Source of the DNA: an uncultured delta proteobacterium | GTDB taxonomy: Bacteria; Desulfobacterota; Binatia; Binatales; Binataceae | DNA length: 64,000 nt | Reading direction: 5' to 3' | NCBI GenBank assembly: GCA_963782535.1 | Contig: CAWAKE010000009.1 | Location: 171,913-235,912, forward strand | Shown: piece by piece, positions 28,516-37,796 of the stretch | Numbering within the stretch: position 1 is the first letter of the stretch | Layout of the letters: the number at the start of each line of letters is the position of its first letter | Translations under genes and position numbers: made by a program | Notes under the pieces: model-generated | Told to the model about the DNA's origin: nothing | The model's input: only the letters and a program-made list of their open reading frames with translations | Databases searched by the model: none

Positions 28516-29226
28516 TCATGCGGATTTGTGCGGTACGGCGATCCCGAGATGGTAGAGCGTGTCGTGATGCAATTGCTGGCCGTCTGAGACGAGCAGAACG
28601 AAGTTGAGGCGCAGGTCGGATCGGATAAAAGTTGCGAACCGATGTGTCCATTCGCGGGGCTGAATCCCGAGAAGCCAAGCGTAAAACCGTGTGCTGCGCG
28701 CTAAGTCCTTTACCCTGACACTCGCGTGAAACTCGGCGGGAGCCGGACCTTCGGGCAGATCGCGCAAAGCATCGAGTACGGCGAGCCGTTGTCGGATCTG
28801 GTCGCGAGCAACGCGGAATCGCTCCAGTCGCTGCTCCTGCGTGAGGCCGGGGTCGCCATCCGCCGGATCGGCTATTGGCCAGTGCAAGCGACGTACATTA
28901 CCCGGAAACACCGGACAGACCGCTTCGGCACACAACGTGACCACGGAATCGACTGAGCTTGAGTCAATGGTCTCCACCGACTTTGGCCTTTGCCCGGAGA
29001 TGTCGATACCGATCTCGGCCATTGCGGTCACAGCCAGCCGATTGAGTTGCGACGGGCTGGAGCCCGCGCTCAGAATGCGGACGCCGGCGCCGAACATTTG
29101 GCGGGCGAGTCCCTCAGCCATCTGGCTGCGGGCGGAATTGGCGACACAAAGAAACAGGATACTTTTCACGGCTCGGTTTCCTATCGCTCTATTGGCAGGT
29201 CCTCGCGGTTGCCCCATTCGGCCCAC
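28516..29226 (-). CDS. arsC: Arsenate reductase ArsC of the LMW-PTP family, carrying a C-terminal partial VOC (glyoxalase-like) module. Its stop codon is supplied by the IS end
   Basis: [18 protein letters not shown]-loop plus LCAEAVCP cysteines. The C-terminal ~75 aa form a half VOC domain (βαβββ-like: [25 protein letters not shown]…). The TGA stop at 28516-28518 lies in the IS inverted repeat. Confidence 0.65.
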   Translation of the reverse strand: MGRMGQPRGPANRAIGNRAVKSILFLCVANSARSQMAEGLARQMFGAGVRILSAGSSPSQLNRLAVTAMAEIGIDISGQRPKSVETIDSSSVDSVVTLCAEAVCPVFPGNVRRLHWPIADPADGDPGLTQEQRLERFRVARDQIRQRLAVLDALRDLPEGPAPAEFHASVRVKDLARSTRFYAWLLGIQPREWTHRFATFIRSDLRLNFVLLVSDGQQLHHDTLYHLGIAVPHKSA

Positions 29227-29999
29227 GAACCATCATAGTTCCGTACCTTGTCGAAGCCCGCGAGCCGAAGTGCAAATACCGTATGCGCCGCGCGGATGCC
29301 GCCCTGGCAATAGGCGATCATTTCCTTTTCAGAAGTTGCGCCAAGCTTTTCGAACATCGCGCGAAGGACAGGCGGAGGCCTGAAGCGCTTAGTGTCTGGC
29401 TCGATTGTCTTGGTCCATTCGATATGTACGGCACTCGGGATGTGGCCGCCCCGCTTGGTGCCCATAGGATTCGCTCCTGTCCATTCGCTATCCCCGCGCA
29501 CGTCGAGAATCAGTCGTTCGGGATTTCCGATCGAGGCCCTCACGTATTGCGAGTCGGCAATCCATTCATCCTTCCGATGCGAATTGAAGTGTGCCGGTGG
29601 TGGCGTCACTGTAGCAGTATCGACGGGCCGGCCCTCCGCCACCCAAAGATCCCAACCACCATTTAGTACTTTGACTCGCCGATGGCCGTAGTAAATGAGC
29701 ACCCACCACAGTCTGGCCGCGAAGAGATTGTTCCCGTCGTCATATGCGATCACCGTCGTATCATCGCCGACGCCGAGCCGTGACATCAGGTCGGCGAACT
29801 TGCCCGGCCCGATAATCGCGCTTTCCTCACGTAAAAACGGGCTGCCCTTTTGGCCCACCGCGCCTGCGATGTGTGAAAGGTTGTAAGCATCGCCTTTCCT
29901 CGTATAGACGATCCGTACCGCGGGGTCGTCCAGATGCGCTGCGAGCCAGTCGCCGGTCACGAGTATTGCCTGATCGGTATCTTGATTCGGTTCTGCCAC
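29181..29999 (-). CDS. Rhodanese-domain sulfurtransferase (tandem rhodanese)
   Basis: Two rhodanese modules with the active-site loop CQGGIRAAH. Confidence 0.7.
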   Translation of the reverse strand: MAEPNQDTDQAILVTGDWLAAHLDDPAVRIVYTRKGDAYNLSHIAGAVGQKGSPFLREESAIIGPGKFADLMSRLGVGDDTTVIAYDDGNNLFAARLWWVLIYYGHRRVKVLNGGWDLWVAEGRPVDTATVTPPPAHFNSHRKDEWIADSQYVRASIGNPERLILDVRGDSEWTGANPMGTKRGGHIPSAVHIEWTKTIEPDTKRFRPPPVLRAMFEKLGATSEKEMIAYCQGGIRAAHTVFALRLAGFDKVRNYDGSWAEWGNREDLPIER

Positions 30000-30148
30000 G
30001 TTGTGTTTCTCCTTTATGGATTCGCCTTAGCGCTGTCGTCTTCGAAGCCGCCGCTAATGCCGCAGCGCCGTTCCGTCGCTTTGCGGTCTGTGGGTTCCAC
30101 CGTCTTGGCAGTGTCGCAGGCGCCCGCCGCGCGGATCTCCCCTCCGGT

Positions 30149-30415
30149 CTACGCAACAATTTCAGTCAGGAACGTGAGAAAACTGTTCATCGTCTTGTAG
30201 TTCGCGGTGTAAATGATCGAGCGGCTCTCACGGCGAGAGAACACGAGGCCGGCATACCTGAGCTGATTCAGATGGAATCAGAGTGTCGGTGGTACAGCCC
30301 AAGGCGCTCCCCGATGTCCCCCGCGGGCAGGCCTTGCGGGCCCTGTTGTACCAGCAGCCGGAAGATATTGACCCGGCTCTCTTGAGCCAGGGCCCCAATG
30401 GCGAGATGGCCTTTG
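30149..30415 (-). pseudogene. arsR: ArsR/SmtB-family metalloregulator, disrupted by a frameshift, an in-frame TGA at ~30278-30280, and no canonical start
   Basis: Two frames together read …AIGALAQESRVNIFRLLVQQGPQGLPAGDIGERLGL / PPTL*FHLNQLRYAGLVFSRRESRSIIYTANYKTMNSFLTFLTEIVA. This is an ArsR wHTH with a stop where the S of the SHHL motif is expected. Confidence 0.55.
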
Positions 30416-30440
30416 ACTCCTTTATATTTTTAGATATATA

Positions 30441-30551
30441 GAACTATAAGTATGCGAGGTCAACCCCGGAGACTACGGCGAAATTAGGGAATAGCGGCGT
30501 TCGGCGTTTCTTGTCGCTCGATTTGTTTGCAGAATTCCAAAGGAGATTCAT
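30441..30551. promoter_or_regulatory. Divergent ars promoter/operator region (AT-rich, dyad-containing)
   Basis: TTTATATTTTTAGATATATAGAACTATAAGTAT between divergent arsR and arsI. Confidence 0.35.
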
Positions 30552-31082
30552 ATGAAGCGATTTCATGTCCACGTTGCGGTTGAAGATCTCAGTCAGAGCG
30601 TAACTTTCTATTCCGACTTGTTCGGCACTAAGCCAACCGTCGAGCGGCCAGACTATGCCAAGTGGATGCTCGAGGACCCGCGCGTGAATTTTGCGATTTC
30701 GTCGCGCGGCAATAAGCCCGGCGTCAATCACTTGGGATTCCAGGCCGATGATCCGGCGGAACTGGCGGAACTGGGCGCGCGAGCCGACCATGCTTCCGGA
30801 TCGGCGGTTCTGAAAGAGACCGAAGTCGAATGTTGTTACGCCAAAGGTAACAAATACTGGGTCATCGACCCTCAAGGCCTGGCGTGGGAGCACTTTCAGA
30901 CTTTGGGCGAAGTGCCGATCTTTGGCGAAGACACGACGATGAAGCGATCCGACGGGGAGGCGTGCTGCATCCCGCTTCATAATGGCAAAAGCGCCGCCGC
31001 TGAAGAGTCAAAAGGGGCGTGCTGCGTGCCCACCGCTTCACCGGGTACAGCCCAGCCCCGCAAGGGGGGAGCGTGTTGCTGA
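30552..31082 (+). CDS. arsI: ArsI, a C–As lyase (VOC-family organoarsenical dioxygenase) with a vicinal Cys pair and a Cys-rich tail
   Basis: …PDYAKWMLEDP…VECCYAKGNKYWVIDPQG…; the tail has ACCIP…ACCVP…GGACC. Confidence 0.75.
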   Translation: MKRFHVHVAVEDLSQSVTFYSDLFGTKPTVERPDYAKWMLEDPRVNFAISSRGNKPGVNHLGFQADDPAELAELGARADHASGSAVLKETEVECCYAKGNKYWVIDPQGLAWEHFQTLGEVPIFGEDTTMKRSDGEACCIPLHNGKSAAAEESKGACCVPTASPGTAQPRKGGACC

Positions 31083-31146
31083 TCAGCTATGATTAGGACG
31101 GGAGCGTTCTTTTGACTTAGCGGGTATCGGCTGATCCACAATCGAA

Positions 31147-31968
31147 ATGGAAGGAGATGCGATGAGCAGCAAAGAGTCGATCAAAGAGACCGTCCACCAG
31201 AACTATGCGCGCGCGGCGCTACAAGTCGTCAACCAGGAAAGTCCGTCGTGCTGCGGTACGGCTGCTCCAGCGAGAAATCCGATTACGTCGAATCTCTACG
31301 CTGACAGCGAAATCGAGTCGCTTCCGAAGGATGCGGTCGCGGCGTCATTGGGATGCGGCAATCCAACCGCACTAGCCGAGTTGAAACCGGGCGAGACGGT
31401 ACTCGATCTCGGCTCCGGCGGCGGTATCGACGTATTGCTCTCCGCGCGCCGGGTGGGGCCAGCAGGTAAAGCCTACGGTCTCGACATGACTGACGAGATG
31501 CTCGCTCTGGCGCACGATAACCAGCGCAAGGCCGGAGCGCAAAATGTCGAGTTTCTCAAGGGCGAAATAGAAAACATTCCCCTGCCCGACAACTCGGTCG
31601 ACGTCATTATCTCGAACTGTGTGATCAATCTCTCCGGTGATAAGGATCGAGTCCTGGTGGAGGCCTTCCGCGTGCTGCGGCCCGGCGGCCGCTTCGCGGT
31701 CTCTGACGTCGTGGTGCGCGGCGAGGTCCCGGCCGCCATTCGCCGCAGCGTGGAGCTGAGGATCGGATGCGTAGCCGGAGCGCTGGAAGAGTCGGAGTAC
31801 CGCGCGAAATTGCTCAGCGCCGGATTTGAACAGGTCGACCTGGAGCCGACGCGGATCTATCGAGCGGTCAACGCTACGGACTTTTTCGAGCGTGCAAATC
31901 TTGACGTTGAAAAAAATCGCGCCGCTCGTCGATGGCAAATTCATGAGCGCCTTCGTCCGGGCGCGTAA
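31147..31968 (+). CDS. arsM: Arsenite S-adenosylmethionine methyltransferase ArsM
   Basis: Conserved Cys (SCCG, GCG, NCVINL) and SAM-binding [11 protein letters not shown]. Confidence 0.8.
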   Translation: MEGDAMSSKESIKETVHQNYARAALQVVNQESPSCCGTAAPARNPITSNLYADSEIESLPKDAVAASLGCGNPTALAELKPGETVLDLGSGGGIDVLLSARRVGPAGKAYGLDMTDEMLALAHDNQRKAGAQNVEFLKGEIENIPLPDNSVDVIISNCVINLSGDKDRVLVEAFRVLRPGGRFAVSDVVVRGEVPAAIRRSVELRIGCVAGALEESEYRAKLLSAGFEQVDLEPTRIYRAVNATDFFERANLDVEKNRAARRWQIHERLRPGA

Positions 31969-32097
31969 GCCCGCTCACCCGCCAGATCAGAGAGATGAGA
32001 GGTGAACGAGACCGGCAGCGCGCGCATGATCGTCTCCTCGGATGGTCTGGGGTTCGGTGTGATTTCGTTGTCAAAACAAACAGGAGCACAGCGCAAA

Positions 32098-32648
32098 TGA
32101 AGTCTTGGAGCCTCGCGTCGTGGTTTTCGGCGATGGTTTTTCTCCTGATGGCATCCATAACCGCGCATCCTTCATGGGGGCAAACACCGCGAGACTCGTC
32201 CACAGCGATGCCGTCGCAGGTTGACGGGCATCACGGCACGGATCAACTTGATGATCGAAAGCCCCTAATACTGCCCGCCATGATGGCAGCGCACCAAAGG
32301 CAGAACATGCGAGAACACCTCAGAGCAGTTCAGCAAATCGTGGCTGCCCTCTCCACCGATGATTTCAGCGCCGTCGAGCGGGCGGCAAAGAAAATTGGTT
32401 ACAACGAGCAAATGGGTCAGATGTGCAACATGATGGGAGCGGCGACGCCCGGCTTTACGCCGATGGCTCTCAATTTCCATCACACAGCGGACCGCATCGT
32501 CGATGCTGCGAAGAAGCGCGATCGTGCAGCCGTGTTGACAGCACTCGGCAATACTCTCGCCACCTGCACGAGCTGTCACGGCATGTTCAAGGAAGAAATC
32601 GTCGATGAACAGACTTGGCAGCGTCTCAGTGGCAAATCTGGAGATTAG
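32098..32648 (+). CDS. Secreted class-II (cytochrome c'-like) c-type cytochrome
   Basis: Signal peptide and a single C-terminal CXXCH (ATCTSCHG) after a helical region. Confidence 0.45.
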
Positions 32649-32661
32649 CTCTCGTCCTCAT

Positions 32662-33297
32662 ATGCTGAAACTCTTGCGTGATCCGCCCCATTATCTCTTC
32701 TTCACCGGCAAAGGCGGGGTCGGAAAAACATTGCTCGCCTGCGCCGCGGCGCTTGCAATGGCCGACACGGGAATGTCGGTCCTCCTCGTGAGTACTGACC
32801 CGGCTTCAAACCTCGACGAGATGCTCGTTCAGAAGCTTTCGAATTATCCCTCGCCGATCGATGGCGTACCGGGGCTCGCAGCCTTGAATATCGATCCGAC
32901 CGCGGCGGCCGAAGCCTATCGCGCACGCGTCATTGCTCAGATGGGTGACGGAGCGGCCGAGAAAGAACGCACGAATGTCCGTGAGGAATTGTCCGGCGCC
33001 TGTACGACCGAGATCGCGGCCTTCGATGAATTTGCCGGGCTCCTTGCCGAGGACACGGCAAATTATGATCACGCGATCTTTGACACTGTGCCTACCGGAG
33101 ATACCCTACGTCTCCTGAGTCTTCCAAACGCATTGACAGGATTTCTCGAAGGAAATGATCAGGGTGCGTCGTGCCTGGGCCTGCATTCGGGCCTCAAAAT
33201 GCAGGAAGAGCGCTTCAAGGATGCCATGGTGGCGCTGGCCGACTCACAGAGAACCGTGTTCGTTCTCGTGACGCGGCCGGAAAGGAGCTGGCCTGCC
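32662..33297 (+). pseudogene. arsA: Arsenite-pump ATPase ArsA, N-terminal ~210 aa only, truncated by IS insertion
   Basis: YLFFTGKGGVGKT P-loop, …LLVSTDPASNL…, …SGACTTEIAAFDEF…; the reading frame runs into an IS terminal repeat at 33298. Confidence 0.8.
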
Positions 33298-33592
33298 CGA
33301 TCTTTTGGACCAATTCATAAGTTAGTATTGGTTGAGCTTTCAAGCTGTGTGATTGGAGTCGAAGGTGGTGGGTTAATCGCCTCGGGCGCCGGCGGCCGGT
33401 TGCCGAGCGAGGAGTGCGGTCTTCGAGTGTAGTAGTGGACCCGCCAGCGTTCGATAACCACCTGGGCTTCGCGCAGCGAGTAAAAGATCTCCCCGTTGAG
33501 GCATTCGTCCCGGAGCTTGCTGTTGAAGGATTCGCAGTAGCCGTTCTCCCAGGGACTGCCCGGCTCGATGTACAGCGGCCGCGTACCCAACC
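33298..33592 (-). mobile_element. Remnant of an IS3-family element (terminal inverted repeat plus diverged orfB C-terminus), itself interrupted by IS copy 2
   Basis: TGGCCTGCCCGATCTTTTGGACCA at 33298; encodes …LYIEPGSPWENGYCESFNSKLRDECLNGEIFYSLREAQVVIERWRVHYYTRRPHSSLGNRPP… (~85% identical to orfB of the main IS). Confidence 0.7.
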
Positions 33593-33658
33593 TGGCCTGC
33601 TCGGGGAATTTTGTACCAGCCGACAAATTAGAGAAGCTGGAACAGGAGGGCCCTGGGA

Positions 33659-33937
33659 ATGGCGAAGCGAAGGTACACGGCGGAAGAGATCGTGACGGTG
33701 CTGCGGCAGGTGGAGGTGTCGATAGCCAACGGCAAGGGGACGCCGCAGGCGTGTCGCGAGTCGGGGATTACCGAGCAGACTTATTATCGCTGGCGCAAGG
33801 AATATGGCGGGCTGAAGCTGGAGCAGGCCAAGCGGCTCAAGGAACTGGAGCGCGAGAACTCGCGGCTCAAGCGGCTGGTGGCTGAGCTGTCGCTGGAGAA
33901 ACAGATCTTGCAGGACGTCGCGCGGGGAAACTTGTAA
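33659..33937 (+). CDS. IS3-family transposase orfA
   Basis: Identical to the 4602-4880 product. Confidence 0.85.
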   Translation: MAKRRYTAEEIVTVLRQVEVSIANGKGTPQACRESGITEQTYYRWRKEYGGLKLEQAKRLKELERENSRLKRLVAELSLEKQILQDVARGNL

Positions 33938-34002
33938 GCCCCGCGCGGCGGCGTTGCGCAGCGGATAACGTCCGGCGTCGATACGCGCTCTCGGAACGCC
34001 AC

Positions 34003-34812
34003 GTGTGCCGGTTGCTCAGCCAGTGGCGCGGGACACAGCGCTATACGCCGAGAGTGCGCAACGACGAGGATGAGCTGACCCGGGCGATCATCTCACTGGC
34101 CGGCCAGCACGGCCGCTACGGCTACCGGCGGGTGGCGGCGCTGCTGCGCAGCGCCGGCTGGTTAGTGGGCAAGGACCGGGTCGAGCGCATCTGGCGCCGC
34201 GAGGGGCTGAAAGTGCCGCGGAAACAACCCCGGCGTGGGCGGCTATGGCTGAACGACGGCGCGTGCGTGCGGCTGCGGCCGCAGCGGCCCAATCACGTCT
34301 GGAGTTACGACTTCGTCAGCGCGGCCACGCACGATGGCAGGTCAGTCAGGATGTTAACCTTGATCGACGAGTACACCCGGGAGAGCCTGGCAATCCGGGT
34401 CGAGCGGCGACTGCGCAGTCTCGACGTCATCGAGACCCTGGCCGATGTGATGCTCGTGCACGGAAGACCCGAGCACATCCGCTCGGACAACGGACCAGAG
34501 TTCGTCGCCACTGTGGTGCGGAAGTGGCTCGAACGGCTGGGCACCCAGCCGCTGTACATCGAACCGGGCAGCCCTTGGGAGAATGGTTACTGTGAATCGT
34601 TCAACAGCAAGCTGCGTGATGAATGCCTCAACGGCGAGATCTTCTACTCCCTCAAGGAGGCACAAATCGTCATCGAACGTTGGCGGGTCCACTACAACAC
34701 GGTCAGACCGCACTCGTCGCTCGGCTATCGGCCACCGGCGCCAGAGGTGATCAGCCCACCAAAATCTGATCGAATCGGAGTGCTTGCAAGCTCAACCATT
34801 ACTAACTTATGA
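34003..34812 (+). CDS. IS3-family transposase orfB
   Basis: Identical to the 4946-5755 product. Confidence 0.85.
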   Translation: MCRLLSQWRGTQRYTPRVRNDEDELTRAIISLAGQHGRYGYRRVAALLRSAGWLVGKDRVERIWRREGLKVPRKQPRRGRLWLNDGACVRLRPQRPNHVWSYDFVSAATHDGRSVRMLTLIDEYTRESLAIRVERRLRSLDVIETLADVMLVHGRPEHIRSDNGPEFVATVVRKWLERLGTQPLYIEPGSPWENGYCESFNSKLRDECLNGEIFYSLKEAQIVIERWRVHYNTVRPHSSLGYRPPAPEVISPPKSDRIGVLASSTITNL

Positions 34813-34873
34813 AATGGTACAAAAGATCGGGCAGGCCAAAGGCATCCGCGGTGCCCTCCGGTGGAGGTTGATA

Positions 34874-35869
34874 GTGACGAAAGAATCCACACGTCCATGG
34901 TTTACGGGATCCCTTGTAGGACTCCAGTCACCCGGGTACCAATTGATTTGGGCGAAGGTCGACCACTACGAACACCTCCTTAAACTCTTCGACGCAGCCG
35001 CAGCAGAGCCCGGAACGATCAATTCCGAACAGTCCGTTTGGCATACGGAGGTTGCGGGCGAGTATGCCCAAAATCTTAAAGCTGCCCGCGATGCTTTGAC
35101 AAATCGCATATGGTATCTCGTCCCGTTTCCGAAGTATGACCTGGCATGGTCCGAGCTCGCTCAAGTGAGGAACTTCCTTTGCACCCATCTTTCCATCGAG
35201 GAACTATTCGCTAATATCGTCGACGAAATCAGCCAGGATCTCGGCTTCTTAAATAAGGATGAGATCGACAAAAAGAGGGCTGAGTTTGAAAAGGTCCGCG
35301 AAGAAATGTTGTCGGTAAGCAAAAATGCCGACCAATCGACCGAATCGATGCTTCGGGCACAACTCGGCGCCCTCTCCCAGCTCGCCGCGCTTGGCCGGCA
35401 GGCGCACTGGCTGAAAGTCAACATGACGCGCAATCGGCTGTTTATAATGGGCGTTCTTCTAGCTGTGATTTTGGGCGTTGCCACTTTCCTGATTCTTCCC
35501 GAGATGTACAACGGTGATGAATCGAGAAGATTCTATGAAGTAATTTTGCTATTCGGTGCGATGGGCGGCTTGATAAGCGCCATCATGACCACCGAATCAG
35601 TAGACACTCGGTCGAGTGAATATTACATAAACCGACGCCTTCTCTATTTGCGACCGATAATAGGAGCCGCTCTCGCACTTGTCGTCTATTTCGCAGTTGA
35701 AGAAGGCCTTATCTCCATTGCCAACGTCGATGCGAAGTCTGGTGAACCGACGTTTTTCGTTCTTGCCTTTGTGTCAGGCTTCGGTGAACGAGCGTTCGTT
35801 GGCCAGCTGCTGGCGCTGGCGCAATCGGGACAAGGGGAGACTGGAAATGTTAGTTCTACAGCACATTAG
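34874..35869 (+). CDS. Hypothetical protein with an ~190-aa soluble N-domain and a C-terminal 4-TM module; low-GC orphan gene
   Basis: GGAGG-N6-GTG start context just outside the IS end. Four hydrophobic helices (LFIMGVLLAVILGVATFLIL; VILLFGAMGGLISAIM; IIGAALALVVYFAV; FFVLAFVSGFG). Local GC is about 50% against ~65% for the window. Confidence 0.45.
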   Translation: MTKESTRPWFTGSLVGLQSPGYQLIWAKVDHYEHLLKLFDAAAAEPGTINSEQSVWHTEVAGEYAQNLKAARDALTNRIWYLVPFPKYDLAWSELAQVRNFLCTHLSIEELFANIVDEISQDLGFLNKDEIDKKRAEFEKVREEMLSVSKNADQSTESMLRAQLGALSQLAALGRQAHWLKVNMTRNRLFIMGVLLAVILGVATFLILPEMYNGDESRRFYEVILLFGAMGGLISAIMTTESVDTRSSEYYINRRLLYLRPIIGAALALVVYFAVEEGLISIANVDAKSGEPTFFVLAFVSGFGERAFVGQLLALAQSGQGETGNVSSTAH

Positions 35870-36013
35870 CGTATTGGGTACTGGAAATTTGCTGTGCGCG
35901 TCCAACAGAAAATTTCTCAGTAAGTCGGCCGGGCAGATCGGTTGCTCCGGAGTCATAATTCGGTAGTGGAGGGCATTTTCGCTGGAGGCGCGAAGACCGG
36001 GAGGATGAAGCGG

Positions 36014-36880
36014 ATGTGTTGCAAGTTTGGCGGGTGTGGCTGGTAGGGTGAAAAGATCATGAAGCACGTAATTCGACCGGCAATCTTCAAGTGGCGGCAG
36101 ACGGCACCAGAGCTGATTCTGTGTGCGGTGCGGTGGTATCTTCGCTACTGGCTCTCGCTGCGCGATGTCGAAGAGTTGCTCGCCGAGCGCGGTCTGGCGG
36201 CGGATCACACGACTATCTGGCGTTGGGTTCAACGTTACGGTCCTGAATTGGAACAGCGGCTGCGGCGTCATCTCAAGCCGACCAACAATTCCCGGCGTGT
36301 CGATGAAACCTATATTCGAGTGAAGGGCCATTGGTGTTATCTCTATCGGGCCATCGATTCCACCGGTGCCACGATCGACTTCCTGCTGTCGGCGCTGCGC
36401 GATGCGGCGGCGGCCGAACGCCTATTCCGCAAGGCGCTGAGCGATCCATCCCATCCGCAGCCCCGCGTCATCAATACCGATAAGGCTCCCCTGTATGGTT
36501 CAGCAATTGCCGCAGTGAAAGACGAAGGAACCCTGCGCCGGTGCTGCCGGCATCGGCCGGTCCGATATTTGAACAACATTCTTGAGCAGGATCATCGAGG
36601 GATCAAACGGCGAGTGAAGTCCAAGCAGGGCTTTCGCGAGTTCCGAGCGGCACAGCGAACCATTGCGGGATATGAGGCTATAAATAACGTGCCTTCATCT
36701 GGCTTTTTCGATGACTCCGTATGATGCTCCGGAAGGGGCAGACGCGGTGGGTCGGCGACAATGATGTTCGCCAACAGAATCGTTTCATCGACCGGCTATT
36801 CGATCTGGCTGCCTGAGACCTCGCTGACCAATTCCTGTCACGGCCTCCACTGTCACCATTTTCAAAGTTGCAACACTTCC
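36014..36880 (+). mobile_element. IS6-family (IS26-like) insertion sequence, copy B
   Basis: Left inverted repeat GGATGTGTTGCAAGTTTGGCGG and right inverted repeat …CAAAGTTGCAACACTTCCCTC. Confidence 0.8.
36059..36724 (+). CDS. IS6-family transposase with a divergent C-terminal end
   Basis: MKHVIRPAIFKWRQTAPELILCAVRWYLRYWLSLRDVEEL…. Confidence 0.8.
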   Translation: MKHVIRPAIFKWRQTAPELILCAVRWYLRYWLSLRDVEELLAERGLAADHTTIWRWVQRYGPELEQRLRRHLKPTNNSRRVDETYIRVKGHWCYLYRAIDSTGATIDFLLSALRDAAAAERLFRKALSDPSHPQPRVINTDKAPLYGSAIAAVKDEGTLRRCCRHRPVRYLNNILEQDHRGIKRRVKSKQGFREFRAAQRTIAGYEAINNVPSSGFFDDSV

Positions 36881-36929
36881 CTCAGGCTTCTTGACCTGTT
36901 GCCGCAACACCGCTGCATTATTTTTAGTA

Positions 36930-37270
36930 GTGCCCTACGACAAAGAGGCGCAACCGGGGATAAAGGCTCGGGGATATTGAGCGCAATAATTGTTGCGGTC
37001 GTGGTTGCCGCTCTCGTGGGATGTTCACGACCGTGGTTGTGGGGATATTTCGCGCGTGCGGACGTGGACTTCAATCGCTACTGCACCGAGACGTATGGAG
37101 CTGGTTATAAAAGCGTGCCCGGGAAGGAGGCATATGACTGGGCACGCGTCGGTCCGGTTAATGACCACAAGAGCATGAATATCGCTGAGGCGTGTCTGCA
37201 ACAGCATGGGAAGTCAGAAGCAAAATATAATGGTGTTAGGTGGTACTGTCAGAAGGAAGACATTTGGTGA
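36930..37270 (+). CDS. Small membrane-anchored or secreted Cys-containing protein; the start is uncertain
   Basis: Hydrophobic segment ILSAIIVAVVVAALVGCS followed by a 4-Cys domain (…RYCTETYG…ACLQQHG…WYCQKEDIW). Confidence 0.3.
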
Positions 37271-37796
37271 GACACAGAATATGTGCGCGACCGCAGCACG
37301 CTTCGGATCCCCGGTGGCCTCACCCCGTTCGTCGGTGTTACTCCTTTTCGTGTTCCATCTGTCAACGCCGGAGTTAAGGTGACGAGACCCAGGTTGGTGG
37401 TCTAACTTTTCATAGAGAGTTGGACCACCAACCGGTGTGTCAATAATCATGCGAAAGTCACCCACATTTATCATTTGAAATTCCCCCACCGGGTTTAGTT
37501 CAGTGGAGGAGCGGCGAGGGGGGTCGGCCCGTCGCCGCTCCGTATAGAGACCACCAGATTCATGCGTCTGCATGGCTATCTATTTTCGGTCTGAGCTGTC
37601 CCTACCGATAATCTCGTCTGAGCGGGAATTTGAGCAGCGGCAAGAATTGATTACTGAATTGGGGGGAAGTAAATCGCTGTGATCTAACCACAGGCAAGCT
37701 TCGCCGGCAGTCGAAATTGTCGGAGATCTTATCGCGCACTTCTCAGGCGGCTGGAACAGCAGCCGCGCAACATTGGCGAACGGGAAATGGCATCGA

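Larger units (their letters stand above)
27069..28518 (-). mobile_element. IS3-family insertion sequence (IS407-like, TGACCTGCCCC-type ends), ~1450 bp, no target duplication
   Basis: TGACCTGCCCCGCGAAACTAGAACAAGCG at 27069 versus the reverse complement TGACCCAAAACCCGAAAACTAGGACAGCG at 28518; orfA plus orfB. Confidence 0.75.
33593..34838 (+). mobile_element. IS3-family insertion sequence, copy 2, identical to copy 1; no target duplication
   Basis: The same inverted repeats and ORFs as 4536-5781, nested in the IS remnant. Confidence 0.85.

Noticed and set aside
30278-30280. TGA in arsR as selenocysteine or recoding
   Set aside because: No SECIS-like structure; an accompanying frameshift and missing start make a pseudogene the simpler explanation
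31372-31944. 190-aa minus-strand ORF inside arsM
   Set aside because: Antisense to a confidently identified arsM; no motifs
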